A DNA stretch of 64,000 bases from the IMG/VR virus record IMGVR_UViG_3300023106_000010, positions 1-64,000 of that record. One strand, given 5' to 3'. The notes beneath the pieces are model-generated. The model was not told where the DNA came from, searched no databases, and saw nothing but the letters and a program-made list of their open reading frames with translations. The translations under genes were made by a program, and so were the position numbers. Within the stretch, counting starts at the first letter, position 1. Every line of letters begins with the position of its first letter. This DNA comes from a virus. Below, piece by piece: positions 17,877-28,300 of this stretch.

Positions 17877-18911
17877 ATGCTGATTCGCAGCCCTCTCAAT
17901 AACTTCGACGTAGTTGATCTGACGTCCGCAGTTCGTAATATGCCAATCCAGTGGGGTACTTTTAACCAACTGGGTATTTTCTCGGAAGAAGGCGTTGCCT
18001 CCGACACCGTGATGTTCGAAGAAACCACGATGGATGGTGCTCTGATTGTTGACCGTGTTCGCGGTGAAAAGAATCTGGTGAGCAAAGACCCAACCCGTAA
18101 GTTGCACACCTTTGCGGTTCCACACTTCCCGCTGGACGATCACATTTCGCCAAAAGACCTGCAAAACAAGTCGGCTTACGATAATTTCAATGAAGTCGAA
18201 CAACTGGATGCCGTCCGTATGCGTAAACTGGACCGTATGCGCCAGAATCATGACTGGACCCTGAACAAAGCTCGCGCACAAGCGCTGTTCTCAGGCACTG
18301 CTTATGCTCCAAATGGTACCATTGTACAGGACTGGAATGCAGAATTCGGCGTGACCCGTACTGCGGTTGATTTCCTGTTTGGCACTTCGTCAGGTCAAGT
18401 TCTGGCAGCTATTGAACAAGTTATCCAAGCTGTGCAAGACGGTATGGGTGGCAATGGCGTGTTTGATGGCATCATTGCTCCAGTTGATACGGCGTTCTTT
18501 AATGCTCTGATTAAGCACCCTTCGGTTGTTCAGGCTTATCAGTATCAGCAGAACGTTCAAGCTGGTCTGGACCCTATTCGTGGCCGTTTGGCTGCTGGTG
18601 GTAGCCCTCTGCCACGTGGTCGTGAGTTCTACTACGGTGGTATCACTTTCCGTGAAGTCCGTGACTCGTACAACGGCACCAAGATTGTTACGGCTGCTGA
18701 AGGTGTTGCAGTTCCACAAGGTTCAGACATGTTCAAAACCTACTTCTCACCAGCAGAACGTTTCGGTCTGGTGAATACCCAAGGTGAGAAGATGTACGCA
18801 TTTGAGCAAGCAGCACCTAACGGCACTAAAATTGATATCGAAACTGAATCGAATCACATCTCGGCCCTGCTGCGCCCACAAGCTGTTGTTCGTCTGTATA
18901 GCTCGAACTAA
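17877..18911 (+). CDS. major capsid protein (lambda gpE family)
   Basis: 344 aa; PHFPLDDHI, ESNxxxxxxRPxAV; strongly biased codon usage. Confidence 0.9.
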   Translation: MLIRSPLNNFDVVDLTSAVRNMPIQWGTFNQLGIFSEEGVASDTVMFEETTMDGALIVDRVRGEKNLVSKDPTRKLHTFAVPHFPLDDHISPKDLQNKSAYDNFNEVEQLDAVRMRKLDRMRQNHDWTLNKARAQALFSGTAYAPNGTIVQDWNAEFGVTRTAVDFLFGTSSGQVLAAIEQVIQAVQDGMGGNGVFDGIIAPVDTAFFNALIKHPSVVQAYQYQQNVQAGLDPIRGRLAAGGSPLPRGREFYYGGITFREVRDSYNGTKIVTAAEGVAVPQGSDMFKTYFSPAERFGLVNTQGEKMYAFEQAAPNGTKIDIETESNHISALLRPQAVVRLYSSN

Positions 18912-18998
18912 TGTAAATGAAGTTCCCGGATAAATACCGGGCCTTTACCTGTACAATTTTGCATGGTATAATGTGAGATTGTACTAATAAAGGAAAAT

Positions 18999-19676
18999 AT
19001 GCAATACAAAATTTGTAAGACTTGCCTAGAAGAAAAAGAAATCAGTTGTTTCCACAAAAATCGTGACTCGCATTTAAGCATCTGTAAAATGTGCAGAAGT
19101 GCTAAGCGAACTGGGGAGTATGCTGATGACCCCATTCTAAGAGAAAATACAGCAAAGAAGCAGAAAACCTACAGCGATAACAATCGAGATAAAGTACGGA
19201 AGTCGAATAACAAAGCCTACCTCAAACATCTAGAAATTCGGCTAGCTAACGCTAAAGATTACTACGACGTAAACAGGGAGTCGATCCTCGCCTACAACAA
19301 GGCAAACCGTGAAGCTATATCCGCAGCAGGGGCTAATTATCGACTAGTAAATAGGTCAAAGATTGCAGCAACCAACAAAGTTTGGCGAAAGAATAATAAG
19401 CATAAATTAGCTCAAAACCAAATGAAACGAGTGGCTGCTGAGAAACAAGCCTGCCCTTTGTGGGCGGAAGATGAGTGGGATAAATTTCTTGTAGAAGAAA
19501 CATACCATCTATCCAAGATTCGTACAGCAGTAATTGGTATAAAACATAATGTGGATCATATCGTGCCATTGACATCTGATAAAGTTTGCGGCCTTCATTG
19601 TGCAAGTAATCTGAGAGTCATGGAAAGGTTGGCAAACATATCTAAAGGAAATCGCCACTGGCCTGACATGTGGTAA
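18999..19676 (+). CDS. HNH homing endonuclease
   Basis: N-terminal CxxC...CxxC; HNVDHIVPL...VCGLHCASNL...N.SKGN. Confidence 0.85.
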   Translation: MQYKICKTCLEEKEISCFHKNRDSHLSICKMCRSAKRTGEYADDPILRENTAKKQKTYSDNNRDKVRKSNNKAYLKHLEIRLANAKDYYDVNRESILAYNKANREAISAAGANYRLVNRSKIAATNKVWRKNNKHKLAQNQMKRVAAEKQACPLWAEDEWDKFLVEETYHLSKIRTAVIGIKHNVDHIVPLTSDKVCGLHCASNLRVMERLANISKGNRHWPDMW

Positions 19677-19688
19677 CAAGGAGAATTA

Positions 19689-20189
19689 ATGGCAGCTATA
19701 GACCCTACCACAAATTTAGGTAAAGTAAGGCTTCGAGTGGCAGATTTTGGAGACATTCCTTACTTGCCAGATAATGTTTATACTCAGACTTTAGCGGACA
19801 ACGACCAGAATATCGCCGCCAGCGCAAGAATTTGTGCAACATACATTCTCGGCACACTGGCCTTTAAGACTCATAGGAAGATCGGCTTAAGTTTGGAAAT
19901 CTGGGCAGGGGAGGCTTTTACGGCTTATAAGGAATTCCTTCTGTTGACAGTCACGAATCCTAATTTTGCAGACTACTCCCCTTTGCCGTTACAGTCGCTT
20001 GCGCCCGATAGTCGAAACAAGCTGGTTGATTTTATTAACGATTTCAACAATAACTACTACTCAGGTACGCAAAGTCAAGCAATGGCATTAAGCGCAGATG
20101 TTGGCCCTAATGATGGTAGCAGGTATGGTCCACTAGGTGATATCTCTACTTCGACAACTAACTATGGCAATGGTTGGATCGCACCATGA
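19689..20189 (+). CDS. head-tail connector/adaptor
   Basis: GKVRLRVAD..D....LPD motif; post-capsid position. Confidence 0.65.
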   Translation: MAAIDPTTNLGKVRLRVADFGDIPYLPDNVYTQTLADNDQNIAASARICATYILGTLAFKTHRKIGLSLEIWAGEAFTAYKEFLLLTVTNPNFADYSPLPLQSLAPDSRNKLVDFINDFNNNYYSGTQSQAMALSADVGPNDGSRYGPLGDISTSTTNYGNGWIAP

Positions 20190-20584
20190 GTTCAGCAGAT
20201 GATTTCGACCGTATGATTCGTGACTTCATGAACGATGACATTTTGTTCGCCACTTATCACCAATACAGCAATCCAGTCTATGACACCACAACAGGTGAAA
20301 ACACTGTAACTCAAATTGACACATCCGTACAATGCATCATCCTAGACTTCAACAGAATGTCTAACGGACTGTCCTCAAAGTTTGGTACAGAAATCCTCCA
20401 AGGAGATAAAGATTTCTACATGTACCCAACAAATAAAGCTGACCCTTTAGCTACTCCGATTGTCCCTAATCCTACATCTGACCGAATCACCGTTAGCGGG
20501 ATTACTTACAAAATTGTAAACATGAAAGAGTGTAATCCACAGATGAACGCTCCACTCTTATACAACCTAATGCTGCGCAGATAA
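20186..20584 (+). CDS. head closure/stopper protein
   Basis: YDTTTG, GTEILQGDK, ends LMLRR; synteny. Confidence 0.65.
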   Translation: MSSADDFDRMIRDFMNDDILFATYHQYSNPVYDTTTGENTVTQIDTSVQCIILDFNRMSNGLSSKFGTEILQGDKDFYMYPTNKADPLATPIVPNPTSDRITVSGITYKIVNMKECNPQMNAPLLYNLMLRR

Positions 20585-20596
20585 TAGAAAGAAATA

Positions 20597-21295
20597 ATGG
20601 CCCAACAAAAACTGATTGATGTTTCAGGAAGTTTATACGTTCCGGTTGTTGCACTAGGAGATTCAGCAGGGTCTACTACCAACGGGGCAAATGTTACTAT
20701 TGCGTCTCTAGCCTACCCATCGTCAACTGGAAACAACTCGACAGCACAGTTAGCATCAAACGCAACCTTCACAGGCGCTATTGAGACTATCCTCAACATG
20801 CAAGCCGCACAGATTGAAGTTGTCTCCGACCAGCCTTACACACTTACTATTAATCAGTTTATTGATGCTGCCGGTACACGTCAGTCAGGATCAATCGTAT
20901 ACTACAAAGCCGCTAACGTCCCTACAAATATTAATGTAAGCTTGCCGGGTAATTACTTCCAGATCACTGTAAAGAACACTGGAGCATCCACCACAACCAC
21001 TCTTAATATCAACACGACGTTCGGTATTATGAATAGTGTGGATGACAAAGGCAATCACCCAGTATCTGAGCGGTCAATCACAGGTGTGCAAGCAATTACA
21101 GTCGGTACAGCTTACCCAGAAGCTCGTCAGTTGCTTATTAATTGTACAGTGGCTGGTAATGTATCCGTAACGTTTACTGACTCTACCACATTGGTTATTC
21201 CTGTAATAGCAGGTCTTACTATTCTGCCTTGGGCCGTTACGGCAGTCAATACAAGTGGAACTACAGCTACTGCAACTTACGCAAACTTGAAATAG
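20597..21295 (+). CDS. putative accessory virion protein (beta-rich, Thr/Ser/Ala-rich)
   Basis: Composition and position within the neck genes. Confidence 0.5.
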   Translation: MAQQKLIDVSGSLYVPVVALGDSAGSTTNGANVTIASLAYPSSTGNNSTAQLASNATFTGAIETILNMQAAQIEVVSDQPYTLTINQFIDAAGTRQSGSIVYYKAANVPTNINVSLPGNYFQITVKNTGASTTTTLNINTTFGIMNSVDDKGNHPVSERSITGVQAITVGTAYPEARQLLINCTVAGNVSVTFTDSTTLVIPVIAGLTILPWAVTAVNTSGTTATATYANLK

Positions 21296-21302
21296 GGATA
21301 TT

Positions 21303-21557
21303 ATGTTACCAGCTTCTGTAATTCCAAGTGCGATAAAGAGTTTTGCCACAGGTACTTCCACTCCAACTGGCGCAATTACTACAGTGTTTACCATCCCTCA
21401 CGGGTTAGGAACTTCACCAGCATTTGCACAAGTTGTAGGTAAGAATCTGTTATCAACAGCTTTGTTCACAACCACTTGGGACGCCACAAACATCACTGTA
21501 ACTTACCTTACAGCGCTTACTGGAGCATTGTCACTTGGTTGGGTTGCATACGCTTAA
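21303..21557 (+). CDS. small beta-rich fibre-tip-like virion protein
   Basis: FTIPHGLGTSP...WVA motif typical of fibre C-terminal modules. Confidence 0.5.
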   Translation: MLPASVIPSAIKSFATGTSTPTGAITTVFTIPHGLGTSPAFAQVVGKNLLSTALFTTTWDATNITVTYLTALTGALSLGWVAYA

Positions 21558-21563
21558 GGGCTA

Positions 21564-21591
21564 TTGACACACAGCAAAACTGTGTTATAAT
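21564..21591 (+). promoter_or_regulatory. promoter for neck/tail genes with a palindromic spacer
   Basis: TTGACA-CACAGCAAAACTGTGT-TATAAT. Confidence 0.75.
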
Positions 21592-21614
21592 ATCTTCTAA
21601 TAAGAAAGGAGCCT

Positions 21615-22061
21615 ATGTCTCTTTCTCAAGGAATAAGTAAATTTGCCACAAAGGCGACTATACAGGCTTCTGCTAGTACAAACAAGATTGTTGAAGATTA
21701 CTTCATCAAGCACGTAACACTCTCCCCTCAAGAACCCACAGCAGCTTATGCTAAAGGATTGCTAATCAATTCTTGGTATCCTACTATTGGTAAATCGTAC
21801 AGCACAATTATTGGTGGTAACACTAATATGTCTGGGGATGACAGTATTGGCAGGATTAGAGGTATGTTAGCACAGAATCCTTTCTGGGGCCATGACAATA
21901 CTGTGACGCTTTCTAACAACGTCTCTTACGCTTATCGCGCAGATAAAATTGGTTGGCCTCGTGGACTAGATGCTACAACAGGCTGGAAATGGACAGGTAA
22001 TGTTGGTCCCTACATGATGACAAGTTTAGCTAAAGCATACATTATGAGGCTTGCACCATGA
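21615..22061 (+). CDS. neck/tail completion protein (HK97 gp10-like)
   Basis: G.L.NSW, LSNNVSYA motifs; synteny. Confidence 0.6.
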   Translation: MSLSQGISKFATKATIQASASTNKIVEDYFIKHVTLSPQEPTAAYAKGLLINSWYPTIGKSYSTIIGGNTNMSGDDSIGRIRGMLAQNPFWGHDNTVTLSNNVSYAYRADKIGWPRGLDATTGWKWTGNVGPYMMTSLAKAYIMRLAP

Positions 22062-22468
22062 CGATTCGTTCAGAACTTGAAACTAGATTAAAAGCTTTAG
22101 CAGATGCACAAGTACCGCCAGTGCTGATTGCCTTCGAAGATTTATCCTTCACAAAACCCACTGACGCCCCATTCTTTGAATGTGTAATAGTTCCAGCAGC
22201 TACTGTCAACGTAACAGTTGACGGTAATCGTATCAGAGAACTCGGAGTTATGCAAGTGAATGTTTGGTATCCGAGTGGTAAAGGTGCTGGTAAAGGTGAA
22301 GCTCTTGCTAACAAAGTTATAGCCCACTTCCCTGTTGTTCCTATTTCTGGAACGGTTGTTATTACACAAACACCTTTTAAATCTAGGGCAATCAAGGATG
22401 AGAGTGGCTGGAGAATTGTTCCTGTCACAATTAATTATCGCCAAGAAGGCGAAGTAATCGCTACATAA
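22058..22468 (+). CDS. tail terminator
   Basis: GVMQVNVWYPSGKG...VPVTINYR; precedes the tail tube. Confidence 0.75.
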   Translation: MTIRSELETRLKALADAQVPPVLIAFEDLSFTKPTDAPFFECVIVPAATVNVTVDGNRIRELGVMQVNVWYPSGKGAGKGEALANKVIAHFPVVPISGTVVITQTPFKSRAIKDESGWRIVPVTINYRQEGEVIAT

Positions 22469-22494
22469 CGTAGCTCCCATATTAAGGAAATCAA

Positions 22495-22851
22495 ATGGCA
22501 GCAGTAATTAACACTTCAAAGAGTGTACTGGGTTCTGTAACTCCAGTGCAAATCTCTTTGGCAACTTCTGGTGACACTCTCACCTACGTCCCTAACGCAG
22601 CACAAGAACTGATTCTTGTTAATACCAGTGCTTCACCAGTCGTAGTTACGATTGATGGCGCTTCTGGTACTACTATCCCAGTTCCTAATACTGGGGGTGC
22701 AACGTTCTCGGTAGCTGCTGGATACACCGTCTCGGTAGCTGCTAGTTCTACTTCTATCGTGATGCTAGATACGATTAGCAACTTCCTTTCTGGTGTTGTG
22801 GCAATTTCGGCAGCAACTGGCGCAGTGGTTAAAGCTGCTGTCATTCAATAA
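22495..22851 (+). CDS. putative virion structural protein
   Basis: Strong RBS, beta-rich, between tail terminator and tail tube. Confidence 0.55.
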   Translation: MAAVINTSKSVLGSVTPVQISLATSGDTLTYVPNAAQELILVNTSASPVVVTIDGASGTTIPVPNTGGATFSVAAGYTVSVAASSTSIVMLDTISNFLSGVVAISAATGAVVKAAVIQ

Positions 22852-22868
22852 TTTAAAGGAACAATAAA

Positions 22869-23336
22869 ATGGCAACTCTCGCATTTCCAAGTGCAGGTTC
22901 TAAGCTGTACATCTGCACCACTAACGCACCTCCTGCTACTTTCGATGCCGCTGGTTTCGGCGCACAAACTTATGTAGAAATCAAAGAACTGACTAACATT
23001 GGTGTTATCGGTGAAGTCGCTTCGCTGATTACTCACGAGCCTGTCGGCGATCCTTATGTCTATAAGTTCAAGGGTAACTATAACACAGGTCAACTGACCC
23101 TGCAAGGTGCTTACGCCCCTACCGATCCCGGCCAAGCTAAACTGCTGGTAGCTCTGCAAGACCCACTGGTTTACTCGTTCAAGCTGACCATCGGTGGTGG
23201 TACTACTGGTACTCCACAAGCAACGCTGTACGTGCAAGGTCAAGTTATGTCGGCACCTATCAATGTTGGTTCTGTGAATCAGATTACTGCAATTGATAGC
23301 ACCGTCGAACTGTCAGGCAAACTGATTAAAGCGTAA
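22869..23336 (+). CDS. major tail tube protein
   Basis: KFKGNYNTG...DPGQ motif; high-expression codon bias; followed by a terminator. Confidence 0.85.
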   Translation: MATLAFPSAGSKLYICTTNAPPATFDAAGFGAQTYVEIKELTNIGVIGEVASLITHEPVGDPYVYKFKGNYNTGQLTLQGAYAPTDPGQAKLLVALQDPLVYSFKLTIGGGTTGTPQATLYVQGQVMSAPINVGSVNQITAIDSTVELSGKLIKA

Positions 23337-23344
23337 TACAAATA

Positions 23345-23378
23345 GCCACTTGGGTAGAAATACTTGAGTGGCTTTCTT
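23345..23378 (+). terminator. intrinsic terminator after the tail tube
   Basis: AGCCACTTGGGTA-GAAA-TACTTGAGTGGCT then TTCTT. Confidence 0.75.
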
Positions 23379-23473
23379 ATCTAGTAACACTATATCAGAA
23401 CTTACACAAGTAAGTCAATATAAATTTCTAAGCCAATTGTGGCGAAGAACAATCTACCAAAGGAAATAATATT

Positions 23474-23875
23474 ATGGCAACTTTTAACCTGAAGTCCCTG
23501 CAACTGGCAGACACTACTATTGTCCATCTGAAGAATGCTGATGGCTCTTACCTGTACGCTGATGAAGCTGAGAAAGAGCCTCTGGAAGTAGAAGTGTTCG
23601 GTCGTTCTTCGAAACAAATGCGCAACTACCTGATTGCTGCTGAGAAGAAAAAAGCTAAGCGTGGCAAGCGTACTGCAACTCCAGAAGAAGCTCAAGAAGA
23701 CAACGCAGAGTTTTTTGCTGCAATCACCAAATCTGTCAAGAACTTCGATCTGGGCGACGGTCCTCTGACCACTCAAGATGACTTCAAGAAGATGTACCTT
23801 GATCCTGCACTGTACTTCGTAGTCGATCAAATCTCGGAAACCTTGGGCGATTCTGAAGTTTTTATGCAGAAGTAA
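23474..23875 (+). CDS. tail assembly chaperone (G)
   Basis: Position between tail tube and tape measure; ends ...EVFMQK. Confidence 0.8.
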   Translation: MATFNLKSLQLADTTIVHLKNADGSYLYADEAEKEPLEVEVFGRSSKQMRNYLIAAEKKKAKRGKRTATPEEAQEDNAEFFAAITKSVKNFDLGDGPLTTQDDFKKMYLDPALYFVVDQISETLGDSEVFMQK

Positions 23876-24414
23876 GAGAGAACCTCTCCCAATATGTCCG
23901 TCACAGTGCTTGGCTCAACGCCACTCCAGAAGGACAAAAGGGGGAGCCTAAATCTCGCAGAGAACAACGTGTGCAGGGTGATCCTATACTGGAACCTCTA
24001 CCACTATCCAGCTACGAGGAATATCTAGTAAGTCTTTGGAGAGAAGCTGGAACAGTCTCACAAAAAGGTATGGGCATTGATGCTCTTGACTGGACAGAGC
24101 TTATAGCGTGGTCAGAAAGATTCTACTCAGATACTCTTATAGAGTGGGTAAGAAATCCTGACAATAAACGTCATAAGCCTGTCCCTTTGCTTATCAAGTA
24201 TTGCACATTACCAGATGTAGATTTACAAATCATTCGTCAGATGAGTCAAGAATACTGTTGGATGTCACAAGAGGCAACAGACCCTCGCTGTGCTTGCCCA
24301 ATTGACGTTGAAGAACTTGAGATGAGTGAAGAACAGGAAGATGACGCAGTAGAAGATGTGTTGGCTAGCTTACGTGCTATGGGCTTCTTAGGTGAAGATG
24401 GACAGAGTTTATAA
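23857..24414 (+). CDS. tail assembly chaperone T segment, reached by -1 frameshift
   Basis: -1 frame open from 23857 (..YVRHSAWLNATPE..) with no good own start; GTT TTT slippery run at 23858-23863. Confidence 0.7.
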   Translation, partial: SFYAEVRENLSQYVRHSAWLNATPEGQKGEPKSRREQRVQGDPILEPLPLSSYEEYLVSLWREAGTVSQKGMGIDALDWTELIAWSERFYSDTLIEWVRNPDNKRHKPVPLLIKYCTLPDVDLQIIRQMSQEYCWMSQEATDPRCACPIDVEELEMSEEQEDDAVEDVLASLRAMGFLGEDGQSL

Positions 24415-24422
24415 AGGTTGCC

Positions 24423-25337
24423 ATGAGAAAATTTAGAAATACTGAGTCATTTATTCGAGATTGCATAGCGATTCATGGTAACAAATACACATACGAAGAT
24501 ACTGAATTCGTAAAAAGAAAAGACAATGTAGAAATCAATTGTGTAAAACATGGTAAATTTGAGATAAAAGCCGACAACCTACTGTCTGGAAAAGGTTGTA
24601 TGAAGTGCGCTGTCGAGAAAAGGGCAGATTTGCGTCGGGATACTACTGAAGACTTTATAGAAAAATCTAGAAAAGTACACGGCGACAAATACGATTACTC
24701 TATTTCTGTTTATGTGCTGGATGATGTGCCTTTGAACATTCGTTGTCCGATTCATGGAGATTTTAGTATGACTCCTGACGCCCACAAACACTCCCAAGGT
24801 TGTTCAAAATGTGCAAACGTCTCTAGGTCTAAGAAGCATTCGGATACGTTAGAAGACTTTGTAAGGAAAGCGAAGTTAACACATGGGGATAAGTACATTT
24901 ACTCTGAAGTGGATTATGTTGGGTCTAAGAGCAAGGTAAAGATAATTTGTCCGTCTATTGGACATGGGGCTTTTTATCAACAACCCGATAATCACATTGA
25001 AGGACAGGGTTGTCCTATTTGTCAACCGGGTGGGTTCAATAGCAAGCTCATGGGGTATGTTTACGTTCTTCAAGCAGGTAATATTACTAAAGTGGGCATC
25101 ACGAACAAATTACCAGAGCAACGCTGCAAGAAAGTTTCGGATTTTAGCAAAAAGAGTTTTGAAGTAGTTACTAGCTATCATCTGGAAGGATGTGAAGCGA
25201 GGAGATTGGAAAAGAGTGCACTTCTTTGGTTGGCAGAAAATTACGAAAAACAAGAGGACAAATTCAACGGCTCAACAGAGTGTTTTCTTGATGTAGATTT
25301 AACAGCCTTGATATTCAAGATTGAGCAATTAAAATAA
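24423..25337 (+). CDS. zinc-ribbon repeat plus GIY-YIG/T5orf172-like homing endonuclease
   Basis: Three HGxKYxY...CxxHGxF...GCxxC repeats; YVYVL..KVGIT..R..GSTECF. Confidence 0.8.
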   Translation: MRKFRNTESFIRDCIAIHGNKYTYEDTEFVKRKDNVEINCVKHGKFEIKADNLLSGKGCMKCAVEKRADLRRDTTEDFIEKSRKVHGDKYDYSISVYVLDDVPLNIRCPIHGDFSMTPDAHKHSQGCSKCANVSRSKKHSDTLEDFVRKAKLTHGDKYIYSEVDYVGSKSKVKIICPSIGHGAFYQQPDNHIEGQGCPICQPGGFNSKLMGYVYVLQAGNITKVGITNKLPEQRCKKVSDFSKKSFEVVTSYHLEGCEARRLEKSALLWLAENYEKQEDKFNGSTECFLDVDLTALIFKIEQLK

Positions 25338-25345
25338 GGATCGAC

Positions 25346-28300
25346 ATGGCTGCGGATATCACATCACTTGTAATTTCTGTTACATCACAAGGTATTAAGG
25401 AAGCATCGACAGCTTTGTCAGGTCTTGGTACGTCTGCTGCAAACGCAGAGAAGCGTATTAACTCTCTTATCGAAGCTACAAAGCGTCTGAACACCATCAA
25501 TGAAACTGCTGCAAAATCCTTTGTAAACGTAGCCGACAAGATGCGTGAGCAAGATAAACTGCTATCAAATATGGCAGCTAATTCTCGCACATCGGCTCGT
25601 GGGGTACAAGACTTGGCAGCAGCTATGTTGCTCTTGTCTACATCCCTCAACTTGATGAATCAGAACATTGTGCGTACAACTGTCTCAACACGCGCTCACA
25701 ATGAATCTATGCGTGAGGCACACGCCCTCGCACGCGGCTTGTCAGGTTCCTTAGGTGCTCTGTGGCTGACGTATGGCAACCTTGCTGGTATGTCTGTTGG
25801 TGTGGCTATTGGTGCTGGTCTGAAGGGTATTATCAGTGTTGGTAAGGATGTCGAGAACACTTTGGAAGGTATTCGTGTTCGTGCAGGGGAATCCCGTGAA
25901 TCGATGATTCAAGTTGCTGAAGCTGTAGAACGAATTGGTAAAGGTGTTTATGGCCCACAAGAAGTTGCTAAAGCGTTCGAGACTCTTGCTCTGGCAGGTT
26001 TGAAGGCTAAAGAATCAACTCTTGCAATTGGTGCTGCGCTGAACTTAGCTACAGCCGGTGGAACAAGTATTGAAAAGGCTGCTGAATCTCTCGTAACGAT
26101 TGGCACAGCAGTAGGTGCAACAGCTAAGAGTTTTGACATGCTGGCAGATGGTATTACAGCAGCAGCTAATAGCTCTCTGGCATCTGTAGACAGTATTGCT
26201 GAATCAGTGAAACGTGCATCCGTAGTTAATAAATTGTATGGTGCAAGTTTTGACGATATCTTGACACAAACTGCTGCATTGGCACAATTAGGTATTAAGA
26301 ATACAGCAGCAGGTACGGCTATTGTCAATTTCTACTCCAACTCGCTAGGTCAAACTGAAAAGTCGAAGAAAGCCCTTGACGCATTGGGAATGTCCTTCAC
26401 GGATTTGAACGGTAAAGCTAAACCTGTTGTAGATGCTTTTGAAGAGTTTACTGAGAAGCTGAATAAATTCGATTTGAAGTCACAGCAGACTATCATCAAT
26501 GACATTTTTGGCGAACGAGCTTTGCGTGATGTCGAGGGTTTGCGTGACGCTGTTAATCGCTCCGCAGACGATACAGCAACGTATAGCAACAAGCTCCGTG
26601 AGATTCAAGGACAGATTGCTGAAGCAGCGGGTACAGCGGCCCTGCAAAGTGTGCAGCTTGGTTTGACTACTTCTAAACAAATGGAATCTGTTGGTAACAC
26701 TCTGAAAACTAGTTTGTCAGCAGCTTTCACAGAGGTCGCGCCGACGATTAAAGAGGTGTCCGATAGGCTGAAAGAAGTATTAGGCTCCCCTGAGTTTGTT
26801 CGTAGTATTGCAAACATCGCTACAGGTATTGCCAACCTGACCGCATTCTTGGTCGAGAATTACAAAGCAGTTGGCTATGTTGTTGAAGGTTTCTTGTTGT
26901 GGAAAGGTATCACTCTCGGTGCTAATATGTTTGAAGCTATGGCACGAGGATTGACAGGCGTTGCTTCTGCAATGGGATTTGTGACGGTGGCAACTAATGG
27001 TGCTGCTGTAGGTACAGGCGCTCTTGCAACAGCTTTGAGATTCCTTCCGGGTATTGGTTTGGTGCTAACTGGCTTAACCGCCGCTTGGGCGCTGTACAAC
27101 CTGCACTCAGGCAAAGCAAAGGATGTCGCTCAACAAACTGCTGACACGTATAATAAAGACTTTCTGAAAGCTTTGAAAGAAGAGGCTGAACGTCTTGAGA
27201 AGACTAACGAAGTGATTGCGTCTGGTACTTCTATCAAGGAGGCTGATGCTGTTGCTACTCGTGAACTGGCTATGGCTAAACTCCAAGAGACTAATGCTGA
27301 CGCCGTCGCAAGTGCTCAAAAGACTCGTGACGAAGCCGCTGCTGCCCTCAAGGCTAAAAAGATTATCAATTACGCTTACGACGACAAGAGTAGCAAAGAA
27401 GCTAAAGCGTTAACTGCTGCACAGGATACACTCAACAAAGCAACAGAAACTTATAGCCAAACTATGAGTGATGCTGTGATGTTGACTAATCGTGTTGTGG
27501 AGGCAAGCAAGATAAAGAAAGCAGCTTATGCAGCAGAAGCGTTAGCAGCAGAGCAAGCAGCCAAAGCTGCTGCCGGTAATTTAAAATTTGGTGGAGCTAA
27601 ACCAGACAAAGCTGCTGTCAACGACGCTTACGCAGCAGCCATCACATCGCTTAATAACAAAATCAAAGCTGCCAAGAAAGATATGCAGAACTTTGACGAC
27701 AAGCTTAACGATCAATTCAAAGCTGGCGAGATGGGCAAACTGCAAGTCATTCAGTCTTCTGCTGAAAATCAAATCGCAGAATATGAGAAAATTGGTAAGA
27801 CTATTCAGGATCAAATTGACAAGGCTTCTAAAGGTAAGAATAAAACTGCTGACGTAGAGAAATTCTCAGGTTTGCAGGAAGCTAATACAGAAGCCATCGA
27901 ACAAGCCAAGCGTAAACAGGCTCAAGAGACTTCTGTGTATATTAGTCAACTTCGTCAAGATAGTAATAGAGAAGCTGTTAAGCAACTCGAAGAAGAAGGC
28001 AACTACGTATCGGCAGCAGCCCTTCGCTGGAGTACCGAGTATTCTCCAGCAATTCAAGCTGTACAGAAAGACTACGAAGCTCTTGGCGATAAATTCCCTG
28101 AGATTGGTGAGCGTCTGAAACAATTGGAAGCTACGCAGGAATCCTTTATGGATGCTGCTCGTGTCAAAGAGTTGTCCAAAGAGTATAACGTGTTGGCTCT
28201 TGAAATTGCTAACACTCTGAAAGGTGTACAAACTGCTTCTGAAGATCAAGGCTTAGTTGCCATGTGGACAGCAGCACAAGATGCTACAGAGAAATACAAA

